Under the pieces are notes generated by a model that did no database searches, was not told the origin of the DNA, and saw only the letters and a program-made list of their open reading frames with translations. The translations under genes were made by a program, and so were the position numbers. Of a stretch of 64,000 nucleotides of DNA, positions 1-10,940 are shown piece after piece. This stretch comes from an uncultured Candidatus Rokubacteria bacterium. GTDB lineage: Bacteria; Methylomirabilota; Methylomirabilia; Rokubacteriales; DASRDR01. Where the stretch lies: the NCBI GenBank assembly GCA_963708025.1, contig CAVPSB010000003.1, positions 1-64,000 of the forward strand. The letters are read 5' to 3'. The first letter of the stretch is position 1, and each line of letters opens with the position of its first letter.

Positions 1-87
1 GGAGTCGCCCACCGCAGGCGTATGCCGCATACGCCGAGGATGGGCGACGACCGAGGACGACGCGATGCGAAGCTCATCGGTCCCGCG
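1..87. repeat. Palindromic repeat family C, copy 1 (truncated at window edge)
   Basis: Near-identical to the reverse complement of 55883-56006 and similar to 27984-28107; nested stems gtcgccca/tgggcgac and gcgtatg/catacgc. Confidence 0.85.
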
Positions 88-1941
88 CTACCCGAGGTCG
101 GCTTGGCGGCGTCGCGGTGCCCGCGAGATTCCGACGATCTTGCCGTTCCGGCGCGCCCGCCGGCTCTCGCCGTCGGCCGCGTGCGCCACCGGCCAGCCTC
201 CGGTGCCGGTCAGACGCTTGGACGCCTGCACGAGCGCTTCCGTCCCCGGGCGTGGGCTGGTGGCCGCCGGCTCCGCGCGACTGTCGTAGAAGCGGGCGAT
301 CTCGGCCAGCCGGGCCACCGGGATCTGGCCGAACGCCTGGGTGACCGTGGGGTCGAACTGGGTCCCCGCGAGCCGGAGGACCTCGGCGACGGCAGTGTCG
401 ATCGACATGGCGCTGCGGTAGGGCCGGTTCGAGGTCATGGCGTCGAAGGCGTCGGCGACCGCGATGACGCGGGCGGCCAGCGGGATCTTGTCGCCCTTCA
501 GCCCGTCGGGGTAGCCCTGGCCGTCGTAGCGCTCGTGGTGCGCCTTGATGACCTCGGCTTCCTGGGCGAGGAAGCGCAGCGGCCTGAGGATCCGCGCTCC
601 GTTCACCGGGTGCGCACGCATGAGGGCCGATCCCTCGTAGGTCAACGCCCCCGGCTGCCGGTACACCGAGTCGTTGATCACCAGCTTTCCGAGGTCGTGC
701 AGGACGCCGGCCCGTCGCGCCATCGCCACCTGGTTCGCCGAGAGACCCATGGCCTTGGCGATCTCGCCCGCGTAGAGCGACACCCGGGCCGAATGGCCCT
801 TGAGGTACAGGTCCTTGGCTTCCAGGGCGATGACGAACGACGAGATCGTATCGATGACGTTGCTCTCCAGGCTTTCGCCGAGCAGGACCTTCTGGAGCGC
901 GACCGCGATGGTCCGGGCATAGCCGGGCAGCAGCGCCTTCTCGTCGGGCTGGAAGGCGGTGCCGGCCTTCCGGCCCACGCACAGGAGGCCCATGGGCTTC
1001 TCGGTCCCCGGGATCACCGTGACGACCGCCGCGAAGCCTCGGGCGTTCCCGTTGAGGATCGCGGCCTCGATGTCGCCGGTCCGGTACAGCTCCTCGCCGG
1101 CGCCATTGACGGTGGTCAGCAGCTCGGCGGCGAGCGCCCGGTCGCCGAACTGGGTGGCGGTCGGGTTGCCATCCTGGTCGTGAAGCAGGGCCACGCCGGC
1201 GTCGCCGGTGAGACCGCGAACGGTCTGCTCCAGGGCCTGCTCCAGGAACGTCCCGGTGTCGAAGCCCTGGAGCGCGATGTCCCCGATCCGGAAGAGGGCC
1301 TCGAGGCCGAACGGCGCGCGACCGACCAGGTCCGGTTGGGCCTGCTGGGTCCCCGGCACCGGCTGGCGGCGGTCCTCCTGGAGGCGGCGGAGAAGCTGCT
1401 GCACCTGATCCAGCGCCTTGTCCAGCGAGAGAGCCTGGATGTCGGCGAGGGCGGGGTCAACCACGCGCCCCGGGGGCGAGGCCGCGGTCCGGGGGCGGGC
1501 CGGCTCCTCCGGTGGGCTCGCCGGCGCGCTTCGCCGCAGGCGATCGTCCTGGACCCGCTGGATGAGCCGCTGGACCTCGTCGACGGTGAACGGCTTCTTC
1601 AGGTAGTCGTAGGCCTGGTTCCGGAGGCCGACGACGAGCGGCTCGGCGGCGGCCGCCCCCGTGAGCACGACCGGCGCCCCCAGCTGCTTGGCCTTGACGG
1701 CGCGCAGCAGCTCGGCCGCTCCGAGTCCCGGTAGCTCGACGTCGGCGACGACGAGGTCGAATGGCTGGCCGGGGGTCGCGAGGAGCTGCAGGGTGTCCTC
1801 GGCGGTGGAGGCCGTGGCCGCCACGCAGCCGTTCGAGGTGAACGCGAAGGCCATGAAGCGGAGGACCAGGGAGTGAGGGTCGATCAGCAGGACGCGTAAT
1901 TCCTGGAGGCCTCGCGGCCCAACGCCCTGGTTGTCGGTCAT
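88..1941 (-). CDS. Response regulator receiver + HD-GYP c-di-GMP phosphodiesterase (central GAF-like region)
   Basis: N-terminal REC (VADVELP, KKPF); HSARV, HDLGK, HHERYDGQGYP, DAFDAMTSNRPYR motifs intact. Confidence 0.9.
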   Translation of the reverse strand: MTDNQGVGPRGLQELRVLLIDPHSLVLRFMAFAFTSNGCVAATASTAEDTLQLLATPGQPFDLVVADVELPGLGAAELLRAVKAKQLGAPVVLTGAAAAEPLVVGLRNQAYDYLKKPFTVDEVQRLIQRVQDDRLRRSAPASPPEEPARPRTAASPPGRVVDPALADIQALSLDKALDQVQQLLRRLQEDRRQPVPGTQQAQPDLVGRAPFGLEALFRIGDIALQGFDTGTFLEQALEQTVRGLTGDAGVALLHDQDGNPTATQFGDRALAAELLTTVNGAGEELYRTGDIEAAILNGNARGFAAVVTVIPGTEKPMGLLCVGRKAGTAFQPDEKALLPGYARTIAVALQKVLLGESLESNVIDTISSFVIALEAKDLYLKGHSARVSLYAGEIAKAMGLSANQVAMARRAGVLHDLGKLVINDSVYRQPGALTYEGSALMRAHPVNGARILRPLRFLAQEAEVIKAHHERYDGQGYPDGLKGDKIPLAARVIAVADAFDAMTSNRPYRSAMSIDTAVAEVLRLAGTQFDPTVTQAFGQIPVARLAEIARFYDSRAEPAATSPRPGTEALVQASKRLTGTGGWPVAHAADGESRRARRNGKIVGISRAPRRRQADLG

Positions 1942-2629
1942 GCGCCGAGATCCTTTCCTGCGGCTGGTTGTCCCACTCGAGACCGAGCCCGGTCGGACGA
2001 GGGCCGGTCACGAGATGCAACAGGAGGACCAGGCGGGAGGGGACGCGCCGGCCGGGCCCGGTTTTCCACCGCGACGCCGGTAACGAGCCGGCAGAGCCTC
2101 GACTTCGCGCCGGGTTTCGCGGGGTGGCGAATCGGGCGCCATTCGAGGGGCAGGCGGCCCGGCGACGGCCGGCGGTGCCCGGCTGTGTCAGGTGGGGGAG
2201 CCGGAATTGTCCAGTGGCCAGAAAGGAGCGGCTGCCGCGTAGCCGATCGGCGCTCCTTCGCCCCCAGCGGGGCGAGACCGCCCCGCCCGGGCGCCGCCGC
2301 CGGCTGGGCTCGCGTCGTTACCGTCGGATCCACGGTTCCGGAGCTCATGGGTCTTGGGCTTTCCACGAAAGGGGCGCACTCTCGATGATCACACGAGGAC
2401 CGCGCGCTTCACGCGTTGTTTCACCGCGTCGCCGCGACGACGGAATGCCAGCTGGCCAAAACCTCACCGCTCGCGAAGTGGACCTGGCTCGTTTTGTGCC
2501 TTTTCGACATTGGCAATAACCGAGATTTGGCAATTCGCGAAAAGCGCACTTCGAGTGCCGCTCTGACAGAAAGCCGTGATTCCCGTCACTTGGCCGATTC
2601 CCACATGGCACCGTGGCGCTTTTCCGCTC

Positions 2630-2645
2630 TGGCACGGAAGCTGCT
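2630..2645 (+). promoter_or_regulatory. Sigma54 (-24/-12) promoter of the che operon
   Basis: TGGCACG-GAAG-CTGCT versus consensus TGGCACG-N4-TTGCW, about 30 nt upstream of GAGGAGG SD and cheY ATG. Confidence 0.75.
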
Positions 2646-2677
2646 CAAGCAACGGCCCGCACAGAGGAGGAATGCAC

Positions 2678-3055
2678 ATGCGAATCCTGATCGTCAACGA
2701 CTCGGCCACCATGCGCCGGATCATCCGGAACAACCTCAAGGCGATGGGCTACGAGACGGTGGTCGAGGCTGACAACGGCCAGTCCGCCCTGGCGAAGATC
2801 GCCTCCGACGCGATCGAGTTCGTGATCGCCGACTGGTCCATGCCGGTGATGGACGGCCTCGAGCTGGTCAAGGCGATCCGTTCCAGCCCGAAGCACGCGA
2901 AGTTACCGGTGCTCATGATCACCGCGGCCGATCAGGAGGATCACATCGTCCAGGCCATCCAGGCCAACGTGAACGGGTACATCGTCAAGCCATTCGAGCC
3001 CGAGGTCCTGACGACGAAGATCCAGCAGATCCTCAACGGCGCGGCGAAGGCCTGA
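2678..3055 (+). CDS. cheY: CheY-like single-domain response regulator
   Basis: RILIVNDSATMRRI...IADWSMPVMDG...YIVKPF; GAGGAGG SD 7 nt upstream of the ATG. Confidence 0.9.
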   Translation: MRILIVNDSATMRRIIRNNLKAMGYETVVEADNGQSALAKIASDAIEFVIADWSMPVMDGLELVKAIRSSPKHAKLPVLMITAADQEDHIVQAIQANVNGYIVKPFEPEVLTTKIQQILNGAAKA

Positions 3056-3112
3056 GCCATGCGTGGTCGGTCTTGGGAAGAACGGCTGTCGAACCGAGAA
3101 AGGGCCAGTGCG

Positions 3113-3757
3113 ATGAAGCCGGACGAAAGAGTACCTGACATGAACAAGGAGCTCCTCTCTGCCGCCAAGGGCGAGCCTGGCCGGAACGCCGACTCGGTGA
3201 GCGCCACCGACCTGCTGGTCAATCTCGGGCAGTGCCAGCGGGCGATCCGGAGCCTACTCCATGCGGCCGTGGCCGGCCTCATTCCCATCTCCAAGCAGAC
3301 GCTGCCGTCGATGACGTTCACGCTGACCGGGCTGATTCACGCCACCGAGATGGCGGCCAACAAGGTGCTCGACGAGGCCGAAGGGCTCGGCAGCGATCGG
3401 GATCGGCTGGGGAAGGCGCTGGCTCGGCTGGAACCTTTCCTGAACGGTGGCGACCCGACGGCGAGGAAGGCGTGGGCGGAAGTGACGGAGTGCAGCCAGC
3501 AGATCGGCAAGCGGGTGATGTCCATCATGTCGGCCATGGCGTTCCAGGACCTCACGTCCCAGCACCTGGCCAGCGCGATCAAGTCCGTGGAGGAGGTCCG
3601 GGAGCGGCTGACCGAGGTGCTGGCGATGCTCGACCTGCCGACGGAGGAGCAGGAGCTGGCCCCCGGCCGCGCCAAGATGGGGGCCCCGGTCCCTCCGACC
3701 GACGGATCGCGCCAGGCGCTCGCCGACCAGCTCTGGGCCGAGATGAGAGAGCGATAG
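3113..3757 (+). CDS. cheZ: CheZ-like phosphatase (start uncertain: 3059, 3113 or 3140)
   Basis: TEMAANKVLD and FQDLTSQ (DxxxQ catalytic motif); C-terminal Q-x-L-A-D-x-L helix; follows cheY. Confidence 0.75.
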   Translation: MKPDERVPDMNKELLSAAKGEPGRNADSVSATDLLVNLGQCQRAIRSLLHAAVAGLIPISKQTLPSMTFTLTGLIHATEMAANKVLDEAEGLGSDRDRLGKALARLEPFLNGGDPTARKAWAEVTECSQQIGKRVMSIMSAMAFQDLTSQHLASAIKSVEEVRERLTEVLAMLDLPTEEQELAPGRAKMGAPVPPTDGSRQALADQLWAEMRER

Positions 3758-3776
3758 CGCTCGGGGCGGAGGGCGT

Positions 3777-4160
3777 ATGAGCGCCAGGATCCTGGTCGTG
3801 GAGGACTCGCAGAGCATCCGCCGGCTGATCCGGGCGGCGCTGGAGAGCGATGGCTACGAGGTGATGGAGCGGGGCGACGGCGAGTCGGGTCTGGCGGGGC
3901 TGCAGGAGGCGCCGCCCGACCTGGTGATCACCGACGTCTACATGCCGGGCATGGACGGGTTGAGCCTGGTCCGGTCCATCCGGGCGCTCCGCGCCTTCCG
4001 CTTCCTGCCGATCCTCATCATCACCACCGAGTCGGGTGACACCATGAAGCAGAGCGGCCGGGCGGCGGGAGCGACGGGCTGGATCGTGAAGCCGTTCAAC
4101 GACGAGCAGCTTCGCCAGGTCGTGGCTCGATTCCTCCGAACGAAAGGCAGCGCGGCGTGA
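3777..4160 (+). CDS. cheY: CheY-like response regulator
   Basis: ILVVEDS...ITDVYMPGMDG...TTES...GATGWIVKPF; overlaps the cheA start. Confidence 0.9.
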   Translation: MSARILVVEDSQSIRRLIRAALESDGYEVMERGDGESGLAGLQEAPPDLVITDVYMPGMDGLSLVRSIRALRAFRFLPILIITTESGDTMKQSGRAAGATGWIVKPFNDEQLRQVVARFLRTKGSAA

Positions 4161-6217
4161 ACCTCGACCCGACCCGGGAGCTGTTCTTCGAGGAGGCCGC
4201 CGAGCTCCTGCGCGACTTCGAGGACGGGCTGCTCCGGCTCGAGCAGACGGAAGGCGACCGCGAGGTCCTCAACCGGGTCTTCCGCAGCGCCCACACGCTC
4301 AAGGGCAACAGCGCGATGCTCGGCTTCACCGCCATCGCCCGGTTCACCCACGCCCTCGAGAACGTCCTCATGCGGCTCCGGGCGGGCGAGATCGCGGTCA
4401 CGCGGCCGGCCGCCGACACGCTCCTGGCCTCCGCCGACGTCCTCCGCGACCTCCTCCGCCAGGCCCGGGAGAACGAGAGCGGCGAGGTGCCCCGGTTCGA
4501 CGAGGTGCTGGAGGCGCTCCAGACATTCGCGCGGACGGGGGAAGCGGTCGGCCCACCCCGGGTGGAGGCGCCCGGTCGGGCGGAGCCCGCGGCCGAGGTC
4601 TGGTACGAGATCCAGCTCGCACCGCCTCGCGACCTGCTACGCCGGGGACTCGACCCGGTTCGAATCCTCGACGCGCTCGGTGAGCTGGGCACGCTGGATC
4701 GGGTGGAGCCCCACGTCCCCGGGCTGCCGCCGCTAGAGGACATGGATCCCGAGGACGCCTACCTCGGGTTCACCGGCTGGCTTCGGAGCCGCGAGCCCCG
4801 GGAGCGGATCGAGGCGTGCTTCGAGTTCGTCGCCGCCGCCGACGCCGTCCGGATCGCGACCCACTCGGGTCGGGGTCCCGAGCCAGGGGAGGCGGAGCGG
4901 CCTGCCCCGGCGCGGTCGGGGGAAGCGGGGGGCGGCGGGGCCCGGGCGGCGGAAGGCGATGGCACGGATGCCCTGCGGTTGAGCGCAACCATCCGGGTTC
5001 CCACCGAGAAGGTGGACCGCCTGATCAACCTGGTGGGCGAGCTGGTGATCACCCAGTCCATGGTGGCCCGCATCGTCACCGACTTCACGCCGGAGTCCCT
5101 GGGGGCGCTGCGAGACGCCGTCGGGCAGATGGACCGACACGCCCGTGATCTTCAGGAGCGGGTGATGGCGGTCCGAATGCTGCCCATCCGGACGGTGTTC
5201 AACCGCTTCCCGCGGGTGGTCCGGGACCTGGCCCAGGCGCGCGGCAAGCAGGTCCGCATCGAGGCGGCCGGCGAGGAGACGGAGCTGGACAAGAGCATCA
5301 TCGAGCTGATCAGCGATCCGCTGACCCACCTGGTGCGGAACGCGGTGGACCACGGAATCGAGCGGCCCGAGGTCCGGCGGCAGGCCGGCAAGGACGAGGT
5401 CGGTTGCATCAAGCTGCGGGCGTACCAGCTCGGTGGGAACATCTACATCGAGGTCGGGGACGACGGCGCCGGGCTGAACCGGGAGCGAATCCTGGCCAAG
5501 GCCATCGAGGGGCAGCTCGTCTCGCCCGACGAGCCGCTCGACGACGAGCAGGTCTTCGCCCTGATCTTCCTGCCCGGCTTCTCGACGGCCGAGCAGATCG
5601 ACGAGGTCTCCGGCCGCGGGGTCGGCATGGACGTCGTCAAGCGGAACCTGGAGGCTCTCGGCGGATCGGTCTCCATCCGGAGCGAGCCGGGGCACGGCAC
5701 CACGTTCCGGGTGAAGCTGCCGCTGACCCTGGCCATCCTCGACGGCCAATCCGTCCAGGTCGGCGGCGAGACCTACATCCTGCCGCTGGTGTCGATCGTC
5801 GAGTCGGTCCAGCCCAGGCGCGGCGACCTCAACGCCGTGTTCGGGTCCGGCGAGACCGTCACGGTGCGCGGGCAGGTCCTGCCCATGCTGCGACTCCACC
5901 GGCTCTTCGCCATCGCGCCGCGGTCCGAGGATCCAACCCGGGGGCTGGTGGTCATCGTCGAGCACGACGGCCGCAAGGTCGCGCTGCTCGTGGACGATCT
6001 GCTGGGCCAGCAGCAGGTGGTGATCAAGAGCCTGGAGACGAACTTCCAGAAGCTCCCCGGGCTGGCCGGCGCGACCATCCTCGGTGACGGGAGAGTCGCG
6101 CTCATCCTGGACGTGCCCGGGCTGGCGGCCCTGGGCCGGTCGGCCGCCCGTCAGCCGCGGCCGGCTCCGGCCGGGACGAGGGTGGAAGCGGAGGCCCTGG
6201 CCGGGTCGCCGGGATGA
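4157..6217 (+). CDS. cheA: Chemotaxis histidine kinase CheA
   Basis: Hpt FRSAHTLKG, NLVGELVI dimerisation region, HLVRNAVDHG, GFSTAE..SGRGVGMDVV, C-terminal CheW domain. Confidence 0.97.
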   Translation: MNLDPTRELFFEEAAELLRDFEDGLLRLEQTEGDREVLNRVFRSAHTLKGNSAMLGFTAIARFTHALENVLMRLRAGEIAVTRPAADTLLASADVLRDLLRQARENESGEVPRFDEVLEALQTFARTGEAVGPPRVEAPGRAEPAAEVWYEIQLAPPRDLLRRGLDPVRILDALGELGTLDRVEPHVPGLPPLEDMDPEDAYLGFTGWLRSREPRERIEACFEFVAAADAVRIATHSGRGPEPGEAERPAPARSGEAGGGGARAAEGDGTDALRLSATIRVPTEKVDRLINLVGELVITQSMVARIVTDFTPESLGALRDAVGQMDRHARDLQERVMAVRMLPIRTVFNRFPRVVRDLAQARGKQVRIEAAGEETELDKSIIELISDPLTHLVRNAVDHGIERPEVRRQAGKDEVGCIKLRAYQLGGNIYIEVGDDGAGLNRERILAKAIEGQLVSPDEPLDDEQVFALIFLPGFSTAEQIDEVSGRGVGMDVVKRNLEALGGSVSIRSEPGHGTTFRVKLPLTLAILDGQSVQVGGETYILPLVSIVESVQPRRGDLNAVFGSGETVTVRGQVLPMLRLHRLFAIAPRSEDPTRGLVVIVEHDGRKVALLVDDLLGQQQVVIKSLETNFQKLPGLAGATILGDGRVALILDVPGLAALGRSAARQPRPAPAGTRVEAEALAGSPG

Positions 6218-6277
6218 GCGGCGCCGGCCGATGCCGCCCTGGCCAGTCGTGACGGGATGCGGGGAAAGGAGATAGCC

Positions 6278-6790
6278 ATGCAACAGTTCGACGCGCTCGG
6301 TACACAGATCGGCTTCACCACCGACGGGAGCCAGTACCTCACGTTCTCCCTGGGGCAGGAGGAGTACGGGGTCGAGATCCTGAAGGTCCAGGAGATCAAG
6401 GGATACTCGGCGATCACCCCGATCCCCAACACGCCCGTCTACCTGAAGGGCGTGATGAACCTCCGGGGGAACATCATCCCGGTGGTTGACCTGCGATCGA
6501 AGCTGGCGATGGCCGAGGCGCCTTACAACCAGTTCACGGTGATCGTGGTCGTGACGGTCGGCGCCAAGACGATCGGGCTGGTCGTGGACGCGGTCTCCGA
6601 CGTGCTGAGCATCCCGAAGACCGACATCCAGGAGACCCCGGACTTCGGCGCCCAGGTGGACGCCGGGTTCATCAGCGGCATGGCCAAGGCGGGGGACCGC
6701 CTGGTGGTGCTGCTGGACATCGAGAAGGTCCTGGGGAGCGCCGTCGGCCACGCGGTGGCGGCGGTCGGCGCCGCCGGGGCGGCCGGCTAG
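6278..6790 (+). CDS. cheW: Chemotaxis coupling protein CheW
   Basis: [13 protein letters not shown]...[16 protein letters not shown]...[18 protein letters not shown]. Confidence 0.95.
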   Translation: MQQFDALGTQIGFTTDGSQYLTFSLGQEEYGVEILKVQEIKGYSAITPIPNTPVYLKGVMNLRGNIIPVVDLRSKLAMAEAPYNQFTVIVVVTVGAKTIGLVVDAVSDVLSIPKTDIQETPDFGAQVDAGFISGMAKAGDRLVVLLDIEKVLGSAVGHAVAAVGAAGAAG

Positions 6791-6822
6791 GGCCCGGCCA
6801 GAGGCAGAGGAGACGACCGTTC

Positions 6823-8486
6823 ATGTGGTTCTTGCACGCGCTCCGGGGTCTCGGGATCACCACGAAGCTGATCGTGCCGTTCATCGCGATCTTCGGGCTG
6901 GCCGTCGCCGGGCTCGGCATGATCTTCGTCGAGCGCCAGGGCGGCGCCCTGTCCGACGCCCTCGCCAAGAAGGCCGAGATCCTGGCCCGGAACCTCGCCA
7001 CCGCGCTCGGGGAGCCCTTCGCCGCCGGCGACGCCGGCCTCGCCCAGCAGCTCCTGGACGCCGCCAAGCGGTCGGACGAGGACACCGTCTACGCCATCGC
7101 CCTGAGGCCGGACGGGCGGGTGCTGGCCAGCACCGACGGGTCGCTGCGCAACCAGACGCTGGCCCGGACCGAGCTGGAGGCCGGCGCCCTGAGGGCGAGC
7201 GACTTCTTGCGGCAGGGGACGAGCGACCCGGACGTGTTCGAGGTCGCGATGCCCATCAGCCGTCAGGGGGCGCGCCTGGGCGTGCTGCGGATCGGGGTCT
7301 CCACGCATCAGCTGCAGACGCTGGCCCGGAAGGGCGCCTGGAGCGTGGCCGTGGTAGCGCTGATCGGGCTGGGGGTCGGCGGGGCGGTCTACTTCTACGT
7401 GGCCCGGCTGGTCGCCCGCCCACTGCGGGAGGTGGTCACGCGGCTCGATCAGCTGGCCGCCGGCGACGCGGACCTGACCCTCCGCCTGGAGGTCCGATCG
7501 CTCGACGAGGTCGGGCACCTCTGCCGGGCCCTGAACACGTTCCTGGACAACCTGCACCGGCTGGTCGGGCAGATCCGGGCGACCGCGTATCAGGTGGGGG
7601 GGCGTCCCGGCAGCTCTCCGAGGCCTCGACGCAGCTCTCCAGCCGCGCCCAGGAGCAGGCATCGGCGCTGGAGCAGACCGCGGCTTCCCTGGAGGAGATC
7701 ACGGGGACGATCAAGCAGACCGCGGACAATGCCCGGCAGGCCAGCCAGCTGGCGGTGGGATCTCGGGAAGCCGCCGAGACGGGCGGGCAGGTGGTCACGA
7801 CGGCGGTGACGGCCATGAGCGAGATCAATCGGGCGTCCAAGAAGATCGCCGACATCATCACGACGATCGACGAGATCGCCTTCCAGACGAACCTGCTCGC
7901 GCTGAACGCAGCGGTGGAGGCGGCCCGGGCCGGGGAGCAGGGGCGGGGGTTCGCCGTGGTGGCGGCCGAGGTACGGAGCCTGGCCCAGCGGAGCGCGCTG
8001 GCGGCCCGGGAGATCAAGACCCTCATCCAGGATTCGGTGCAGAAGGTCGGGGACGGGTCGTCCCTGGTGAACCGGTCGGGACAGAACCTCGAGGAGATCG
8101 TGGCCTCCGTGAAGCGGGTGACGGACATCATCGCGGAGATCGCGGCGGCCAGCGGGGAGCAGTCCCAGGGGATCGACCAGGTGAACCGGGCCGTGTCACA
8201 GATGGACCAGGTGGTGCAGTCGAACGCGGCCAACACCCTGGAGCTGTCGTCGACCGCCCGGACGCTGGCCGTCCAGGCGGGGGAGCTGCAGTCGCTGGTC
8301 GGGCGCTTCACCCTCGAGCACGGGCGCGGCTCGCCCCCGGCGGTGGCGCCGGCCTCGGTGCCGCCGGCCGGCCTCGCGACGCCGGCTGGGAACGGGCGGC
8401 GGGCGGCACTGGAGCCCGTCCTGGTGACCGGTGGCTCGGGGAACGGCCGGGGGCCGAGCAAGACGGACGGGTTCGAAGAGTTCTGA
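6823..8486 (+). CDS. Methyl-accepting chemotaxis protein (2 TM, periplasmic sensor, HAMP), split by a one-base deletion in the G7 run at 7596-7602
   Basis: The 6823 frame gives TM-sensor-TM-HAMP; the second frame gives [26 protein letters not shown] and C-terminal GFEEF; adding one G restores [10 protein letters not shown]. Confidence 0.9.
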
Positions 8487-8528
8487 CCGAGCGCGAGTTC
8501 AACTGCCAGGAGCCGAAGGGAGGAGCAC

Positions 8529-9104
8529 ATGCGACGCCGGGCCCGAGTCAGCCTCACGATTCTGGTCACGTTCCTGACGGCCGTCGCCGGCGCGGCGAGC
8601 TTCGAGATGACGGCGGCCGTCCAGGCCGAGCTCGACAAGCAGAAGACGGTCATCGCCTCGTGGGCGGCCAACCCCGTCATCGTCAACGCCGTCCTGGAGC
8701 AGAACCGAAAGGGTCCGATCGGCGGCATGGACAACGCCAAGTGGAAGGTGACGCGGCGAAGCGATCCGGTGGTGGCGGGCTTCCAGACGAGCCCGGCCGG
8801 GCAGCTCCTCAAGACCAAGCTCACCGAGAGCCAGGGGGCGGTCAGCGAAGCGTTCCTGAACGCGGCCCAGGGTGAGAAGGTCGCCTTCGTGGAAAAGACC
8901 ACGAGCTACATCCACCGGGGCGCCGCGAAGTTCGACGTGCCGTTCGGCACCGGGAAGGCGTGGCAAGGGCCGGCCGAGTTCGACGAGTCGTCCCAGACCT
9001 ATGCCATCCAGGTCTCGGTGCCGGTGCTGGCCGAGGGCAAGCCGATCGGGGCGCTGGTGGTCGGGGTGAACCTATCCTATCTGGAAAAGCTCGCCAAGAA
9101 ATGA
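8529..9104 (+). CDS. Secreted stand-alone PDC/Cache-like sensor-domain protein
   Basis: Signal peptide; C-terminal EFDESSQTYAIQVSVPV..GKPIGALVVGVN pattern typical of PDC domains; AGGAG SD. Confidence 0.7.
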   Translation: MRRRARVSLTILVTFLTAVAGAASFEMTAAVQAELDKQKTVIASWAANPVIVNAVLEQNRKGPIGGMDNAKWKVTRRSDPVVAGFQTSPAGQLLKTKLTESQGAVSEAFLNAAQGEKVAFVEKTTSYIHRGAAKFDVPFGTGKAWQGPAEFDESSQTYAIQVSVPVLAEGKPIGALVVGVNLSYLEKLAKK

Positions 9105-9136
9105 GTGGCGGGAGCTCCGGGGAACCTTCGTAGGGG

Positions 9137-10864
9137 GTGATGGCCGTGATCGGCAACCGGCTCTCGATCCGGGTCAGGCTGGCGACCATCTGCGCCGGCC
9201 TGGCGCTCCTCACCGGCGTGGTGGGCGCGCTGGGAGTGTGGGCGTTCTGGACCGTGAACGCCACCCTCCAGATCGCGATGACTCAGAGTCTCCCGGCCCT
9301 CAACGAGCTTCTGCTGGCCGATGGCGACATCCAGCAGGCCGTGATCGCCGAACGCAGCCTGATGTTCATGAAGGGTGACACGCCCGAGGCGAAGAGCCAG
9401 GTCAAGAGTCACGCCGAGCGGCTGAGCTCGCTCGGCCAGCGCTGGAAGAGCTACACGGAGCTGGCTCCCGACGACGAGGAGAGGAATCGCTGGGCCGCCT
9501 TCGAGGGGGCCCGGCTGGAGTGGGCCGAGGCCTCCCGGGAGGTGCTCAAGGTCCTCGCCCAGGACACTCCGGGGGCCCGGCGTGACGCGATCGACCTCTC
9601 GATGGGGGAGGGAGCGGTGAAGGTCGAGAAGACCCGCCGGATCCTGGCCGGGCTGATCGACCGGCGCCTCGATCTGGTGCGGAGCCAGGCGGCCGCCGAG
9701 GCGGCGCGGGTGACGCGCATGGGCTGGTGGATCCTCGGCGTCGTCATCGGCGCCTTCGTGGTCGCCGCCGGCGCCAGCCTCGCGATGGCGCGGTCGATCG
9801 CGCGACCCCTGGGCGAGACGGTGGACCTGGTCCGGGACATCGCCGAGGGAGCGGGAGACCTGACCAAGCGGCTGCACGTGTCCGGCCGAGACGAGATCGC
9901 CGAGCTCAGGCGGTGGTTCAACGTCTTCATGGAGCAGCTCAACGCGATCATCGGCCAGGTGAACGTGCTCGCCCTTCAGGTCGCCGGCGCGGCTCGGCAG
10001 CTTTCGGCCGCCAGCGGGCACCTCTCCAACGGCAGCCAGGAGCAGGCCTCGAGCCTCGAGGAGAGCGCGGCCAGCCTGGAGGAGATCACCGGGACCGTGA
10101 AGCAGAACGCGGACAACGCGCGGGAGGCGAACGAGCTGGCGCACGGCTCCCGCGAGACGGCCGAGAAGGGCCAGGAGGTCGTGTCGGCGGCGGTGCAGTC
10201 GATGACCGAGATCACTCGCGCGTCCGGTCAGATCACCGAGATCATCACGGTGATCGACGAGATCGCGTTCCAGACGAACCTGCTGGCCCTGAACGCCGCC
10301 GTCGAGGCGGCGCGGGCCGGTGAGCAGGGACGAGGCTTCGCGGTCGTCGCGGCGGAGGTGCGCAGCCTCGCCCAGCGGTCGGCGGTCGCCGCCAAGGAGA
10401 TCAAGGCGCTGATCCGGGACTCGGTGGCCAAGGTGGAGCAGGGCTCCGGCCTGGTGACCCGGTCGGGTCAGACGCTCGACGAGATCGTCGGCTCGGTCAG
10501 GCGGGTGACCGACATCATCCGGGAGATCGCGAACGCGAGCAAGGAGCAGTCGCAGGGGATCGACCAGGTCAACCGCGCGGTGAGCCAGATGGACCAGGTC
10601 GTGCAGACCACCGCGGCGCAGACGGAGGAGCTGTCGTCGACGGCGCGGGCGCTGGCAGCTCAGGCCGAGGAGCTGCGGGGAGTGGTGGGGCGGTTCCGGC
10701 TGGCGACGGAGCTGGTGGCATCGCCGCCATCGGCCCGAAGCCGGACGACCGGGCCCCGGCGGCCGATCCCGGCCGTCGAGCCCTCCCCGCGACCGGCCAG
10801 GGCCCTGGCCGGGGCGGCCGTCAGTGGCGGGGGCGCCGGTGACGGCGGCTTCGAGGAGTTCTGA
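9137..10864 (+). CDS. Methyl-accepting chemotaxis protein (four-helix-bundle sensor, HAMP)
   Basis: 2 TM segments, [32 protein letters not shown]-terminal GFEEF pentapeptide. Confidence 0.95.
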   Translation: MMAVIGNRLSIRVRLATICAGLALLTGVVGALGVWAFWTVNATLQIAMTQSLPALNELLLADGDIQQAVIAERSLMFMKGDTPEAKSQVKSHAERLSSLGQRWKSYTELAPDDEERNRWAAFEGARLEWAEASREVLKVLAQDTPGARRDAIDLSMGEGAVKVEKTRRILAGLIDRRLDLVRSQAAAEAARVTRMGWWILGVVIGAFVVAAGASLAMARSIARPLGETVDLVRDIAEGAGDLTKRLHVSGRDEIAELRRWFNVFMEQLNAIIGQVNVLALQVAGAARQLSAASGHLSNGSQEQASSLEESAASLEEITGTVKQNADNAREANELAHGSRETAEKGQEVVSAAVQSMTEITRASGQITEIITVIDEIAFQTNLLALNAAVEAARAGEQGRGFAVVAAEVRSLAQRSAVAAKEIKALIRDSVAKVEQGSGLVTRSGQTLDEIVGSVRRVTDIIREIANASKEQSQGIDQVNRAVSQMDQVVQTTAAQTEELSSTARALAAQAEELRGVVGRFRLATELVASPPSARSRTTGPRRPIPAVEPSPRPARALAGAAVSGGGAGDGGFEEF

Positions 10865-10940
10865 CCGGTGGCTGTGCGGAGCCCGCGGGTCTTCCTGGGC
10901 GACGAGCCGGGCCGCCGCGGCCGGTCGAGCTGAGCGCGGC

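Noticed and set aside
1942-2629. Possible c-di-GMP/c-di-AMP riboswitch or small gene in the long divergent spacer
   Set aside because: No recognisable consensus motifs by eye, and the ORFs there look non-coding; a covariance-model search would be needed to exclude it fully.
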